Source: a virus (Duplodnaviria; Caudoviricetes). Taken from it: a stretch of 52,914 bases of DNA. A model generated the notes under the pieces. The model did not search any database, was not told the origin of the DNA, and saw only the letters and a program-made list of their open reading frames with translations. This document shows positions 17,805-30,900 of this stretch, one piece after another. The stretch is from IMG/VR virus record IMGVR_UViG_3300008107_000114, positions 1-52,914 of that record; one strand, 5' to 3'. The position numbers were made by a program, and so were the translations under genes. Every line of letters starts with the position of its first letter. Within the stretch, counting starts at the first letter, position 1.

Positions 17805-18422
17805 TTATCCTCCACCAATTGGGTCTAAGTAATCAGGTGTTCCGTCACCATCTGTATCAATCGGATTATTAGGGTCCGGACCTGCTTCCATGTTATCAGG
17901 AATACCGTCTCCATCTGAGTCCCAATCCAAATAGTTTGGAATAGTATCGCCATCGGCATCACCAACTCCTTCTACTACATCTGGAATAGTGTCACCGTCG
18001 GTATCTTGCAGTGGAGTCTCTCCACCACCGCCACCACCTTCTCCTTCTCCCGGATCAATGATGATTTCACCACCACCGGTTCCAACGTCAGGTGTTCCGT
18101 CTCCATCACCATCAACCAAGTATTCTTGTCCAGTTATACTCAACAAGAAGTCATTATACTCAGCCTGTGTAACAAAAGTATTTACACCGCAAACACCGGC
18201 AGATAAACCTATAAGTTGATTTACCTCATCCGATGTCAGATATCCGGCATGGTCAATAGCAAAAAGATACATCAAAGCATCTTTCTGATTTTTGATTTTA
18301 CCCTGACAAGGAGCATCATACTTAGCAGACTCCTGCAAAGCAAGTTCACTTGTGCCAATAAACTTAGTTAAGAATATCTTAGACTTAACTAGAGCTTCGA
18401 TTTGTAACGCAGTCAGTGCCAT
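17805..18422 (-). CDS. Structural protein with Ca-binding thrombospondin type 3-like repeats (likely start MALTAL at 18422)
   Basis: [51 protein letters not shown]; TAATG overlap. Confidence 0.75.
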   Translation of the reverse strand: MALTALQIEALVKSKIFLTKFIGTSELALQESAKYDAPCQGKIKNQKDALMYLFAIDHAGYLTSDEVNQLIGLSAGVCGVNTFVTQAEYNDFLLSITGQEYLVDGDGDGTPDVGTGGGEIIIDPGEGEGGGGGGETPLQDTDGDTIPDVVEGVGDADGDTIPNYLDWDSDGDGIPDNMEAGPDPNNPIDTDGDGTPDYLDPIGGG

Positions 18423-18958
18423 TAGCAACCACAACTTCCAGACAAACCTGTGTTTCCACAGCCAGCAACCAAATCATTAAACTCACCTAGGAGAGTTTCA
18501 GCCAAGGTCCATTGTCCTGAATCTTCGGCCAAAACCATCTTGTCATAGATGAATTTTAGTTCTTCAAAGTTTGAATTATTCTGAATCGCAAGTTGGGCCA
18601 AGGTAGCTTTAGCTGCCTCGTACCTCAAGAAATACGTTGTCTCAACTGGAACACTACCTCCGGTGAAAGTAAGTGTAACGGTATACAGCCCATCTGGTAC
18701 AGTTGGGAGCTGAGTAAATATATCTACTTGGCGATAAGCCGAAGTCCAAAAAGTCGAAGTATATAACCCTGTGATTGCATCCGCAACAGTCTGGCCCGGT
18801 CTAAGCACTGTGCATGCTAAAGCGGTAACTGCTGAACGTAGCGTATTCGGAGTACCCCACCCATCAGGGTTGGTCGTAGCATTGTAATCGCCAGTCACAT
18901 CGCTTAAAAGCATTGTGTACTGACCATTTACAACATCGAGTTTAACATTAAGTGCCAT
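18422..18958 (-). CDS. Putative tail hub/fibre-attachment protein
   Basis: LSDVTGDY...[18 protein letters not shown]-terminal CGC; position before the fibre genes. Confidence 0.55.
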   Translation of the reverse strand: MALNVKLDVVNGQYTMLLSDVTGDYNATTNPDGWGTPNTLRSAVTALACTVLRPGQTVADAITGLYTSTFWTSAYRQVDIFTQLPTVPDGLYTVTLTFTGGSVPVETTYFLRYEAAKATLAQLAIQNNSNFEELKFIYDKMVLAEDSGQWTLAETLLGEFNDLVAGCGNTGLSGSCGC

Positions 18959-18991
18959 AGTTCAAAATTACTATTTTATTTTTATAAAACG

Positions 18992-21900
18992 TCAATCAAA
19001 AGGAACATACTCAACACCTTCGCCAAGATCAATATTTGGCTTCGCTAGTTTCTGAGCTGCGTCTCTCTGTTTCACCATAGTATCTACCGCAGCAGACTTC
19101 TTAGTAGGTGCATCAAAAGGAACATACTCAATACCTTCACCCAAGTCTACACCACCTTCGCTTTGCAATTTACTTGATACTGCGTTTCTACCTGTGATAA
19201 TAGCTGTTTTAGGATCGTCGTTCATTTCTTTAAACAGTTGCATAGCACCTGTAGCGAAGTTTTTAAAACGTTTCGGATCACTGATTAAATTTTTATCTAT
19301 CGTGAAATACTGGGCTCCTTGTTGTCTACTAGCATAATTATCGCCACCTGCTTCTTGATTGCCGTAAATCTGCTTAACGAAATCTCCCATTGGAGACAAG
19401 GCTTCAGTTACAACCATGTCTATGTATCTCTCTGGGTCTTCTTCGTACATTTTTCTGCGCTCTGCATCAACAAATGTGTAGGTAGCAATATCCGCAATTT
19501 CTTTACCTGCTTGATTTAAGGTAGACAATAGATCCCCAAGAACTTCGTAACCTAGTAGTATTTTCATATTGTCGATACCCATTCTAGGTAAACCTGTGGC
19601 TTGGTCTTTGTTTACAGCAGAGTTTACATCAATTAGTTCCTGATAAACCTTAGAGTCAATGATAAACTGCTGGACCATGTTACGAGTGATCATACTACTG
19701 TACTGAAGAAGATTGTTGTATTCATCAGGAGCAAACTTATATGCACCTGAAGGTGTATCTACTTTACGTGGAGGTAAAGAAGGCAATGAATGCCAAGCAC
19801 CACCTTTTTTGGTAGCCAAGTAAACTAAAGCTTCCCAATCAGGTGTTTCATAACCCGCCACTGCACGTGTTGCCTTGAATACATCAAATGTATTGTACAA
19901 GAAGCTTCCCATTGTAGCTCCCTCAGGTGTCTGGAGAACTGGTTTACCAAAAGCGTCGTACTTAATTGGCAAATACTCTTGATCGATTTCAACAAAAGGC
20001 AAGTCAACATATTGACTAGGGTCTCCAATTGGCCATCTTTCAGCCATTTTAGTTGCTACTTTATGCCAGTACAAGGTAGCAGCAGTGTTTTCAACCTTCA
20101 TGCCGAATGCTTTGAAAGACGGTGCTTCTTTAGCATCATAGTCAACCATGTATTGTCTTCTCCATTTGTCCATCCAAGCCAAGCTGTTTGGAACCATACC
20201 TGCACTCAAGGTCAAAGTTATATCTGCAAGGAATGCGGGTAATTTGTTTTCGTCCTCGGAGCTAACCGCAGTAGCTACGCTGAGTAAACCTCTTACGAAT
20301 GTCTGGTCCAAAATGTATTTTCCAGCAGATTCATAGTTGCCGAATAGGTTCAAAGTAAAGTCATTTGTTATTTTTTCGAAGTCTCCACGGTTCTGATACT
20401 TCAACTCACTTTGATCCATCAACTTGTTTTCTTTGTACTGCATGTATAAAGCTGCACCAAAAATACCCAGAGCACGGTAGTCAATAATCAAATCGTTTTC
20501 CTTGTCCCACAAATCGTTTCTTTTTGATTTATAGTTAGGGTCAAACATTTCCTTGAATCTTTCTTTTACCAATGTAAGGTTGATTGAGTAAGGTCGCTCA
20601 AGTGTATATGAGTAAGTCATGCTGCTGCCCTTATCCTCATTTTCGTCATCTGGAGCACCGCTAACGGCTCCGGCTTTCACCATCTGAAGTGCGATGAACT
20701 GAACCCCAGTTCCAACAAGTGCTCTGGCCAACACACGGTCCATTGATCTTGCATTGTCTCTGCGTTCACTGAGTGATTCTGCATACTCAGCAGAAGAAGC
20801 ATCCTGTAGTCCACGTGAACGAGTGTATGATTTGTATCCGTTTGATGCTAATTTTATCAAAGCGTATTCTGGCAAGAAAAACTCAGTCAATTCCAAAGCG
20901 TAGTTAGAAGGAATGCGTGTAAATGGAACAATACTAGTACCAATCAATCTTGAGATTTTAGCCATGAAGGAGTTTTCATTTGCTCCTGTACGTGTTATTC
21001 CCTGAACTTGTTTTATTATATCAGTGGTATAGTTGTCATTGTTGTAGACATATCGCATGGCCTCTTTGTTGGCTTCTGTATTTTGGAAGTCAGTGTTTAC
21101 TTCGATATATGCTTTTCTAACTGCATCATACTCGGCTTTCAATTTTGCTTTTTCAGGACCACTGGCATTCCTTATTGCTTGCTGATATCTATCATGTTCT
21201 TTTGTCATTTTAAATTGTTCTGACAAAGAAGAGAAATAAGCAAAATCTCTAAACACCGCATCTGTTGCACCCATCACACGGAATATAACGTCAGGTACTG
21301 CCCCAAAGAAACCCTGAAGAGCAGCTATTGCTTGCTGCTTTTTAGGAATTTCACCTTGCATGCCTAGTTTGAATCCATGTTTTTCAGCCAACTCTTCGGA
21401 TGACATATCACTGTACCCAGCTGCTACACGCATTTGGTCTAGCTTAAGTCCCCAGAATTTCGCAAAGGATTTATAGAAACTATAGCCTTGAACATAGCTA
21501 TCAGGATTTTGATAAGCTTGAGTCATGGTTCCATCCTTGAGGATTTTGTAAGCTCTCTTTATTCCCATTGGCATTCCGTAACGGACACCAGACCACCAAT
21601 CTTTCAGTGAAGTTTTGGTGAACTGCTTTTCAGAAATACCAAGTTTGAATGCTGTCAAACTAATGGCTGACTTTAGAGGATCCACTATCAAGCCAGTTAT
21701 AAACTTGGTTACGTTTGACAATGTGTTTACAGATATAGAACCCGGAGTCATCAAACCACCTTTGACGAAAGTGCGATACATGTCAGTCAGTGAATCGTCT
21801 CCTTCGTATGGTTGACGAGCATCAATAAACCGCTTGGTTGCTTCCTGCAATTGCTCGTAAAGTCCTGTGTGGTACTGCAGATTAGTTTTAGAGGGGTCTG

Positions 21901-24900
21901 CGCTTGATATACCAAATGGATCTGACTCTGCAATTGCTCTGCTTTGTTTGTAGAGTTCTTTGATACGGTCAAGTTCTACAGCCAAATCACGGATTTTCTG
22001 CTTGGCTTTGTCTGGAATATTCAATCCTTTCTTTTCATTGCGTCTAAACATTCCTTCTGCACTGGACAAGTAAGTATCTTTGGTCAACTGTCTAAAAAGC
22101 TGCAACATTCTACCGACATCTGTACCAGCTTTCAGTATTCTGCTGTACAGTTCACCAATCATTTTAGGATCTTTACCGGTTTGCTTAGCTGCGATCAAGT
22201 CTTGAATTGCTTTGGCCAAAGGAACATCACCATCCTCAATTGCATCAAACAATGTCTGAAGTATCACAGGATACTCATTTGGATCCATGTTCTCAATCTC
22301 ATCGATAAGTTCTTTCTGAGACCGAACCACACGCATTGCTTCCTCTTCGCTCTCCATGACATCAGCCTCGTCTTTGAACATGCCTTTGCCCTGCTGCTGT
22401 TTAGCGATATTGGCTCTTTGTTTCAACGAGAAATAATCCTGAACATCACTTGGTTCAAAGCCACTGCGCATCAGTGCAGCGTAGAGTTCGGAATCAGTAA
22501 TCCCTTCGAACTCAGGATTACCTTTAATTTCTTTAATGAACTCAGAGATATCATCAAAGATATCCGTAGATTTTCTTTGCTTCAAATCGTTTACTCTAGC
22601 TTCACCGAGCATTGCGTCATACATCTTACGCATGGGCTCACTGATTTCCATTTCAACAGGAGTGCCTTTTATTCCACCATATACTTTTATCAGCCAGCGT
22701 TTGAAATCTTCAAACATCTTGGTTAATGCACCGGTAGGAGCTTTGCCATCATAGAGATATTTTTCAAAGCCTCTTGCAAATGCTTCTGAAGTTTCTCTTG
22801 ACCAGTCTGAATGCCCAACTGAATCCATGAACATCTGTCTTTCGGTAGCTGTCATATAAGATTCCCAAACGTGTGCTAGCTCGTGCATCGCAGTGGTCAC
22901 GTTTGGATTGGTCAACGCAAAGATGATGTGTTTACCTTGGTCTGTCTTAACTGTAGCACCGTGAGCACCGCCTTCCTCTCCTTGAAACAAAGCCATACCC
23001 TCTGCAACTTTACCGAAACTTTCATCCGTCAGTTTTATAGTATTGAAGAAATTACTAGGTATATATTCACTGGTGGTGTTAGCGAGTGCAGCTTTTTCTA
23101 GAAACATTGGATCTAATTCGCCCACTTCTAAAGCTTGACCTCCATTTATCACAGATTCACCTTGAGAATTAAAATAAACAGGAAACTGCTCAGTACTCAA
23201 GTAAATTTTAGTTTTAGGGTGTAATGCAGCTAGCGGTTTTTCAAGTCTAATTGTACCAATCTCAAAATTAAATTTAGAAGAAAGTTTTTGAACAATGCTA
23301 GGTAATGTCTTATTATAAAATGTGTTTATACCCACCGCCATATCAGCTTCTATTGCACCAACTACTGGTCCAACTGCGTGACCATTGGCCAAGACTATTT
23401 CCCTTACACCATAATCAGCGGCAACTTTCATAGCGTGTTTCAATGCAAGTTCTGCAAACTGATTAGATTCTGTAACAGGAGTTGTTTTTTTAAACTTAGT
23501 AGTGACTTCTCCTAACTCAGTTTCACGCTCAATGTATCTACTTATTTGTTCATCTGAATAACCGTTTTCAATAAGTGCAGCTTTTATTTTTTCAATATCA
23601 CCATTTGCTTTACTCTTAGCTTTATTTCCATCTTGAATAATACTTGGTTTTACATCTGCATACTTTTCTTTTAAAGGATTCAAAACACTCTTTCTGAACT
23701 CTTGAATTTTATCAGACTGAATTTCTTGAACATACAATACTCTTTTTCCATCTGGAGCAATGACAATCTGTGTTCTAAGATGCATCATTACCTCAGAAGG
23801 AACCGATAGAAAATGTTTACTGTTATAATAATCTTTACTCAATGAGTCACGAGTTTTCTTAAGTTCACTCAACTGATTTTCAAGTTGATTTATTTCTTGG
23901 GCAACGAGGCTGCTAGGTTTTTTGCCGTTGAAACTCTTTTCTATTTCAGAAAGTTTTAAAATGATATCTACTATTTTATTATCGTAATCCTTGAGAAGCT
24001 TATTAGATGAAAAAGGAAGTGTTATCAAGTGCTCTTTATACGTACCTTTTACACCTCCGGGGAACATTGCCGTGAATTGTCCAAACTCTTCTAATTGAGT
24101 TGTGCGGTCCATCTCGTCAATTAAATCCGCATAAATTTTAACTAAAGATTTTAAGTGTTGTTTATTTTTATCACTCAGGTCACGTGTGTTAAAGTTCTTC
24201 AGATCATCAAGTGCTTTTTTAAATGCAGTAAATTCCTTACGGCCAATGTACTTTTCGTATAATTCAATGCTTTCATCTTGAACTTCATTTAAACTAATGA
24301 ATTGAACTGTTCCATCACTTCTTCTTATTGCTATAGGTTTTTCAATTGGATCAGATTCAACAGCGTTTCCGGTACGCCCTGCGGCTGCCTCGGTAAAGCC
24401 AAGTAATACAACATCGCTAACTGTTCTTTTCTGAGCTGCAGATTCTGGGTCATAAACAACGAAGCCGTGAATATTTGAGGCCCAGTCCAAGAGATCGCGA
24501 GAGCTTATAAAATCCTTGCCTTTGTTACTCTCAATAAAGCCATCTATGTCTAACCAATCTAACTCTACAGCTTTAGCTCCATTTTTCAATAGTAATGGCT
24601 TTAGTTCAGCCAATGCAATTCTATCTTTACTGCCGATTTGTTCAATGACTTTTGTTGCAGCATAAGCAGTGTTGGAATAAAAAGATGTTCCTATATTTTT
24701 TTCAACTATTTGGCGAATCTTTATTTTATCTCTTAGGGCTTTCTGCTCTTCTGTAGTAAGTTGTTTAAGATTGTCTACAAAATTAGACGCTGTAGAACCA
24801 GTGAACAAATCAGGATTGTTTTCATACCGACTGTAAATTTCATCAAACCTTTCCTGAGAAACTAAACCTTTATCAACCAACTCTGCCTGAAGTTCCTGCT

Positions 24901-27900
24901 TGGTAAAATCACTTATTTTTTTGTAGGGGTCATAAATACCATTGGCAAAGTTTTCAATGCCCGGGAACATCTGATAAAACAAATTGCGTGCTTCTGCATC
25001 AGTCGTCTCAGAAATATAAGACTCTGGTTGTTTTGAAGCTTCAAAGGATTCTACTTTTTCTTGTAAGTCAACAGAAAGCATCACTGGGTCAGGAAACGTG
25101 AATCCTTCATTCTCTAACTGCATCAACTCATCAAGACTGAACAGAGTGCCGGTACTACCATCGTCAAAAGTAAATTCTTCCTGATCAAATACTTTTTGAA
25201 GAAACTCCATGGCTGTTTTAAACTCGGGAGATTTTACTGAGTCAATAAGTTCATTAAATTCTTCTTCAGTCACTGTTCCAAATTCTTTAGAGGTTACATC
25301 ATTTATCAATTGTAATTCTACGAGGCTATCGAAATATTCATACGAATCTTTACCCTGAGCTCTTAGAGCGTCTAACACTTCATCTATACCGTCAACAAAT
25401 GTTTTCAAATCTTGAAAGCTTTGTTCTGTAAAATTCATAGGTGCTGTAGCAGTACCTGATTCAGTTTTACCTGAAGTGTCTTCGGTGATTGGCTCTGTTC
25501 CAACAGCAACTAACTCATCACTATTTAACCCTGCAAATTTACTTGTGGTTACAAAGGCGTTATGAATACTCTTGAGTCTAGCCTTTCCCTTTGGACCGTA
25601 AGCATCGAGGTAATTGTTATAAATTAACTCGAGTGCTTTGCTATCTGCCTCAGTTAAATCGTATTTATTCGAAAACGTTTCGATTGCCGATGCAACCGAT
25701 TTTGGCTCATTACTTAGAAATAGAACTTTAGAAATATCTTTGAATACGCTAGTATAAGTACCAAACTGAAATATATTTTTATCTGCATAAAACTCTACAA
25801 CATCATTTATTAATTTTTCAGTATTGTCATCTATTACACCTGCAGATTTAAGCTCTGACACTTTAGCCCTAACTGCGGTTGGAGTTGCAAATTTTGTAGC
25901 TTCTGGTAACGTAAGTTCATTTTCCATGAACTGAACAGATTGTCTCAGAGATTTTTGAACTTGAGGCAATATACTTTTTTTAAATACACTATCGTAAGTA
26001 AACGGATCTTCTGTTACTTCGGTATACTTCGCTACGTTTATTAGTATTTCTCCGGGAGATGTTGAAGACTTTCCATTCCCTGTGTACAGGTGATTCGGTG
26101 AAAACGAAACCTGAGGCAAACTTACATCATCAACTACACGAATATTTATCAGACCGATATCCGGATAATTTTCATAGATTTTTTGATTATCCTCAATTGG
26201 TATTACAGATGAAATATTGATTATTCTATTGCTTACAGTATACGTAGTCCTATTAGCAATATCACTTAAGCTTTTCTTACCAAAATAAAAAGTTCTTTTT
26301 CCAAATGTAGGTTTCTTAGGAAAGGGACTCTCTTCATCCAGTCTCGAAGCCTCTAATCCAGAGGTAAAATTAAAGATTTCCTTGAGCGTAGAAAAGAAGT
26401 TAACTTTTCCTTCGTAAACTACTTTTCCTGTAGACAAATCAAACCGCTCTTTTGCTCCAGTATCGGCAATCTTAAAAGTAGGGTCAAACGCAATTGCTTC
26501 ACCTTGCTCATTGAAAACAACACCAGTCATCAAAGCTATTTTCTCTGGGGTGAACTTTTTTTCCTTCAGCTGCATGGCTTTCACCATGTTCGGATAAATC
26601 TCTTCGGGAACCAATGTGGCCGGAAGCTGATACAACGGAACTAGTTCAGGAGACATTTTGAGCCATTCTTGAAACTGTTGTTCAGTTCTTTTGAGCATCT
26701 CTATGCGAGTGTCCATGAACTGCTGCAGAGTAATACCTGCACGAGTAGCTGCAGATTCAAAATGCCTCATAGATACATCGGCAACGAATCGCTTCTTTCT
26801 AAGATTTTGTTTCCACTGAAATGGTTTTTTAATTGATGATGTGAAACCCCAAACCTCAGCACCTTTCTTCAACAGTTCCTTTCTGTATTTTTCACGTGTG
26901 GCATCGTTCTTACGAATCAACTCAACTGCTTCGTTGTACTTATTCATATCAACCATGCCCTCAGCTTTGGCTTTAGCTGCTGCTTCAACTTGAGCTGGGT
27001 CTGTAGTAGAAGCAACTGGTTCACCAGTGTTCTCCATGAATTCCTGTGCGGTGATTTCACCATTTAGGAAACGTGCTGCATCAATCTGCTCATCTTTGAT
27101 AAACGCTCCTTCTTCCTGAGTATCCTGAAGAATCTGAGCTACCTCTCTGCGCCTTTGGTTTTCTTTTACCAACTCCGCTGCTTGTTTCTTGTAATCAGCC
27201 TTGCGGTTTTTAGTCGTGGTAGTTGCCATTGGAGTCTGGCGAACAAACTTATCAGTGGCACTGAAAGTGTTGGAGCCAGTGTATTTATTAGCAGTAAAGT
27301 TGTTGAAGTCTTTTCTGAGTTTCTGAAAGTTTTCAAAACCAACTTTATCATTACCGAAAATTTCAGCAGCTTTAGCTCGGCTGTTTTGTAACAGGTTTAT
27401 GATGAAGTTGTCAATGGCATCTTCTTTTGACATTCTTCCATCAGATACCATCTGACCAAATACGTCATTGAAGGTGCTGTTTCTGGCCACAGCTTCACGA
27501 ACTTTATCGGTGACTGCATCTTTGTTTCGCTCACGGATTGGCTGACCAGTGGTCATGTCGGTATCCTCAGTGGTAAACAAAGTATTGTCAAAGTCTCTAA
27601 ACAAAGGAGCCATGTAGTCTGCAACCTTGGCTGCCTTTTTTCTAGCCAAGTCTGTGATTACTGCTTTGCCGTTCATGAAGAATGAAGTCAAGTTTATCTT
27701 CATCTTTGAACCCATGTTTCTGCTGATTTCTGAAGCCGTATCTTTTACATCGGTGTCCGAAACCTTAACTTCTTCTGCTACTCCAGTGAAGAGACCGGTT
27801 CTAGCTTGGCCATCTGCGTCAAACTTTGGGTTGTAACGAGCCTTTGCACTGGCCTCAACTTTATCAATGCGTTCTTTTTTACGACGCGAAGTTTCAGTTT

Positions 27901-30900
27901 GGTTTTGGTATGATACTTTATTGTTGTCTTTACCTGTAGCTCTTTCATTGTCAGCTTGTGACTTTCGTCTAGCTTCGAGGTTTTTAATTGCTATGTTCTC
28001 AATTTTTTCCCTAGAGACAATGCCGTGTTCTTTGGACTGACCTTCAATAAACTCACGAGCTTTTTCGTTTACAGGAACAAACTCTTCTGTAGTACTGGTC
28101 AAACCCTTTGCTTCTAGTTGTCCAGTTTCTGAGTTGTAGCGATATATAACTTTGTTGTCGAGTACTCCATTTACACCAGCAACATAGAACTCTTCTCCCA
28201 TGTTACCAGTTCTCTTTTCTACTTGAACGCCTTCGGATCCGGCTCCAGAACTTGCAGCACTACTGGTGGTTGTCTTTTGGTCTGATTCCACAGGCCCTGA
28301 AGACATCACCATTGGTTGGTCAAGTGGAATTGCAGTAGCATTTCCTCTGCCGTCTATAGCTGCAACTGTAGCTGCAGCACCTTCATATTCTTCATTGCCC
28401 CCTCCATTTCTTGCGTTTTTAATTGTCGAGTCCAACAAATCAAGTATTTCTCGATCGGTTTCAGACGCATTGTCTCCATAGGTAGACTCCAGATAGTTAG
28501 CAAACTCTGTTCGTGATTTAACTAAAACCTCAAGATTACTCAAGTTCATACTAGAAAACACCATCGAAGTGAATGCAATCGAACGCAATGTAAATAACTG
28601 CTCGTCTTCGGTTTTACCATATGCATTTTCTACAGCTTCTGTTATATCAAAGCCGTTTTGTTTAAAGTTAGTCCAAACATTCGCAAATGTTTCTTCTGTG
28701 AAAGAACCAGCTGCTCCGGAAACTGTTCTACCAAGTACAGTAAACATCTTACCGATGATATTATTTGGTACAAATCGACCCAACTCCAACACACCTGTTA
28801 CCTTATCGTATGCCTGAGTACCTAGTTTTTCAGCAACACCTGAAGTACCGTCTTCTCCTGCTAATTCATAACTGAGAAAATCTATACCGTAAACTGTAGC
28901 TGCTTTTTCAAATAACTGAAAAGCACCTAAGCCTGTTCTACCGTATCGAGAGGCCATGTATGTGCGAGTAGCCAATGCTGCTTCAGATGTGAATAATTTA
29001 CTTATGGCTCCAACCGAAACTTTACGAGTTAAAGCAAGTTGCAAACCTATTCCAATTGAACCAATGATACCCTGTGAAATCATTTGATCTTCTTGAACTT
29101 CTTTTATGCGATCAAGAGCCTCGGGGTTTACATACAAACCACTTTCCTGCAGTACTTGAACTGCCGTTGTAAATTCTTCAGCAGGTGTCATGTATTTATC
29201 CCCAGTAAAAACACCGGCTACATTGGCAACACCCTTGCTCACTTCAGCAACAAAGTTGGATCCTACGCCAGTTCCGTCAATTTTAGTAAGGTCGGCATTG
29301 GTGTAAATAATTTTATTAATCGCTTTAAGTTGAGCTTTCTTTTCAATGATTTTATTGTATAGGTTAGCACTATAGATATATGCAGCTCTATCATCATCCG
29401 TTACTTCACGAATGTCACCTTCACGCTGTCTTCTAGCCAATACACGGAAATTCTTATCTACGGCTTCTTTATATTTTTCGTCCAACCCCTCTCGATTATA
29501 AATAACTCGCATGGCTGGATTATTTTCAAAACCCTTGAGTTTTTTTTCTAGAGCCTCTACCTGTTCGTAAAGAATGTTTCGTTTTTCTTTAAGAATTACC
29601 AAATCAGTTTTCTTTTCGCCCTGCATAGTTTGAACGAAAACCTTTTGCGCGTTTTCCTGAGCCTTGCCTTCAAGTCTATTTCCAGATGGGTCAAAAAACT
29701 CCTGCTGAGGAATGGCGTTGAATCCGAAGAACCCACTATCACGTTTAATCTGCTCTATCTGAGCCTTTAGCAAATTAACCTTTTTAAGTTGATCTGGACC
29801 CAGTTGCTTTTGCTGTTTGCCGTTAGCTTTTGGAGCAGTCGCATATATTTCACGAATCTGATCGTATAAACCAGAGATTTTTCTTTCATCATCAGATAAC
29901 TCAGACAATGCCATAGCTTCACGATTTTCGTCATACCTAGAACGCATTGCACCCTTGGCATCTTTGTAATAACCAAGCTGCTTTCTTTTATTCTCATACG
30001 AAGTAATACCCATGGATCTTTCGTACTGGAGTTTAAAATCGTTTAGAATTTCGTCAATTTCATCTTCACGTACTCCCTGTTTAGAAAGCGACTCTATGAG
30101 AGTATTTCTGTTTAAAGCTTGGTATCCTTTGCCGGCAGTGTATGGTACATCAATGTTAATCTCGTTACCCAAATCATACTCATACAAAATCCTACCCAAG
30201 TCTTCTTCGGATATATTTGAAATTGAACCGGCATTTGGATTTTCATCATAAATGGTTCCGGATTTTCCAAGGAAGTCTCTTTTAACAACATCCGAACCTT
30301 TTGCGATTCGCATCTTACGATAATCCTCAGAACGAGCCCAGTCAGCATTAACTGAACTGTCTAAAACAACTGGCTTCAATAGGTCATTGACTGTACTGTA
30401 GCCAATCTCTTTTAGTTGCTTACCGTATTTTCTCTGGTACGCATCTCTATTTAGAGGGTCTTTAATGTAACTGTAAAACTTAGCGGGATCTTCAAATGGT
30501 TGGCCATATGCATCTACTGCAATGCCATTGGACTTCAGTTTATCAAATTGGTTTTGCGCTTCATATTTACGTTGTGCAATGTTGTATGTGGCTTGTACTG
30601 GATCGGGAGCAAACATATCAAATTCTGCTCTGTAACCAAGTTGGCCGGGAGTAGGTGTCTGTCTAGTAAAGACAGGATCGTAGATTGTCTTCCCATAGTA
30701 ATCGGTAAACTGGAGTTTTTCATATTCTGATAACCCACCCCCAATTTTTGTATCAAAATCTTTCTCGCTTATAATGTTAAAATACTTGTTCAGTACTGAT
30801 TTCTTTTCGTTGTAGAACTGAGACCGTTGTGCTGGGTCAGCTAGAACAGCTTCGAGTTCTTCTTTATTCTTGATGAAAGTATTGCCGAAAAATATAACGT

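Noticed and set aside
27575-27595. DFDNT in the giant protein as an RNAP DxDxD or HAD DxDxT motif
   Set aside because: Lacks the third Asp for RNAP; no preceding hydrophobic strand or downstream HAD motifs evident
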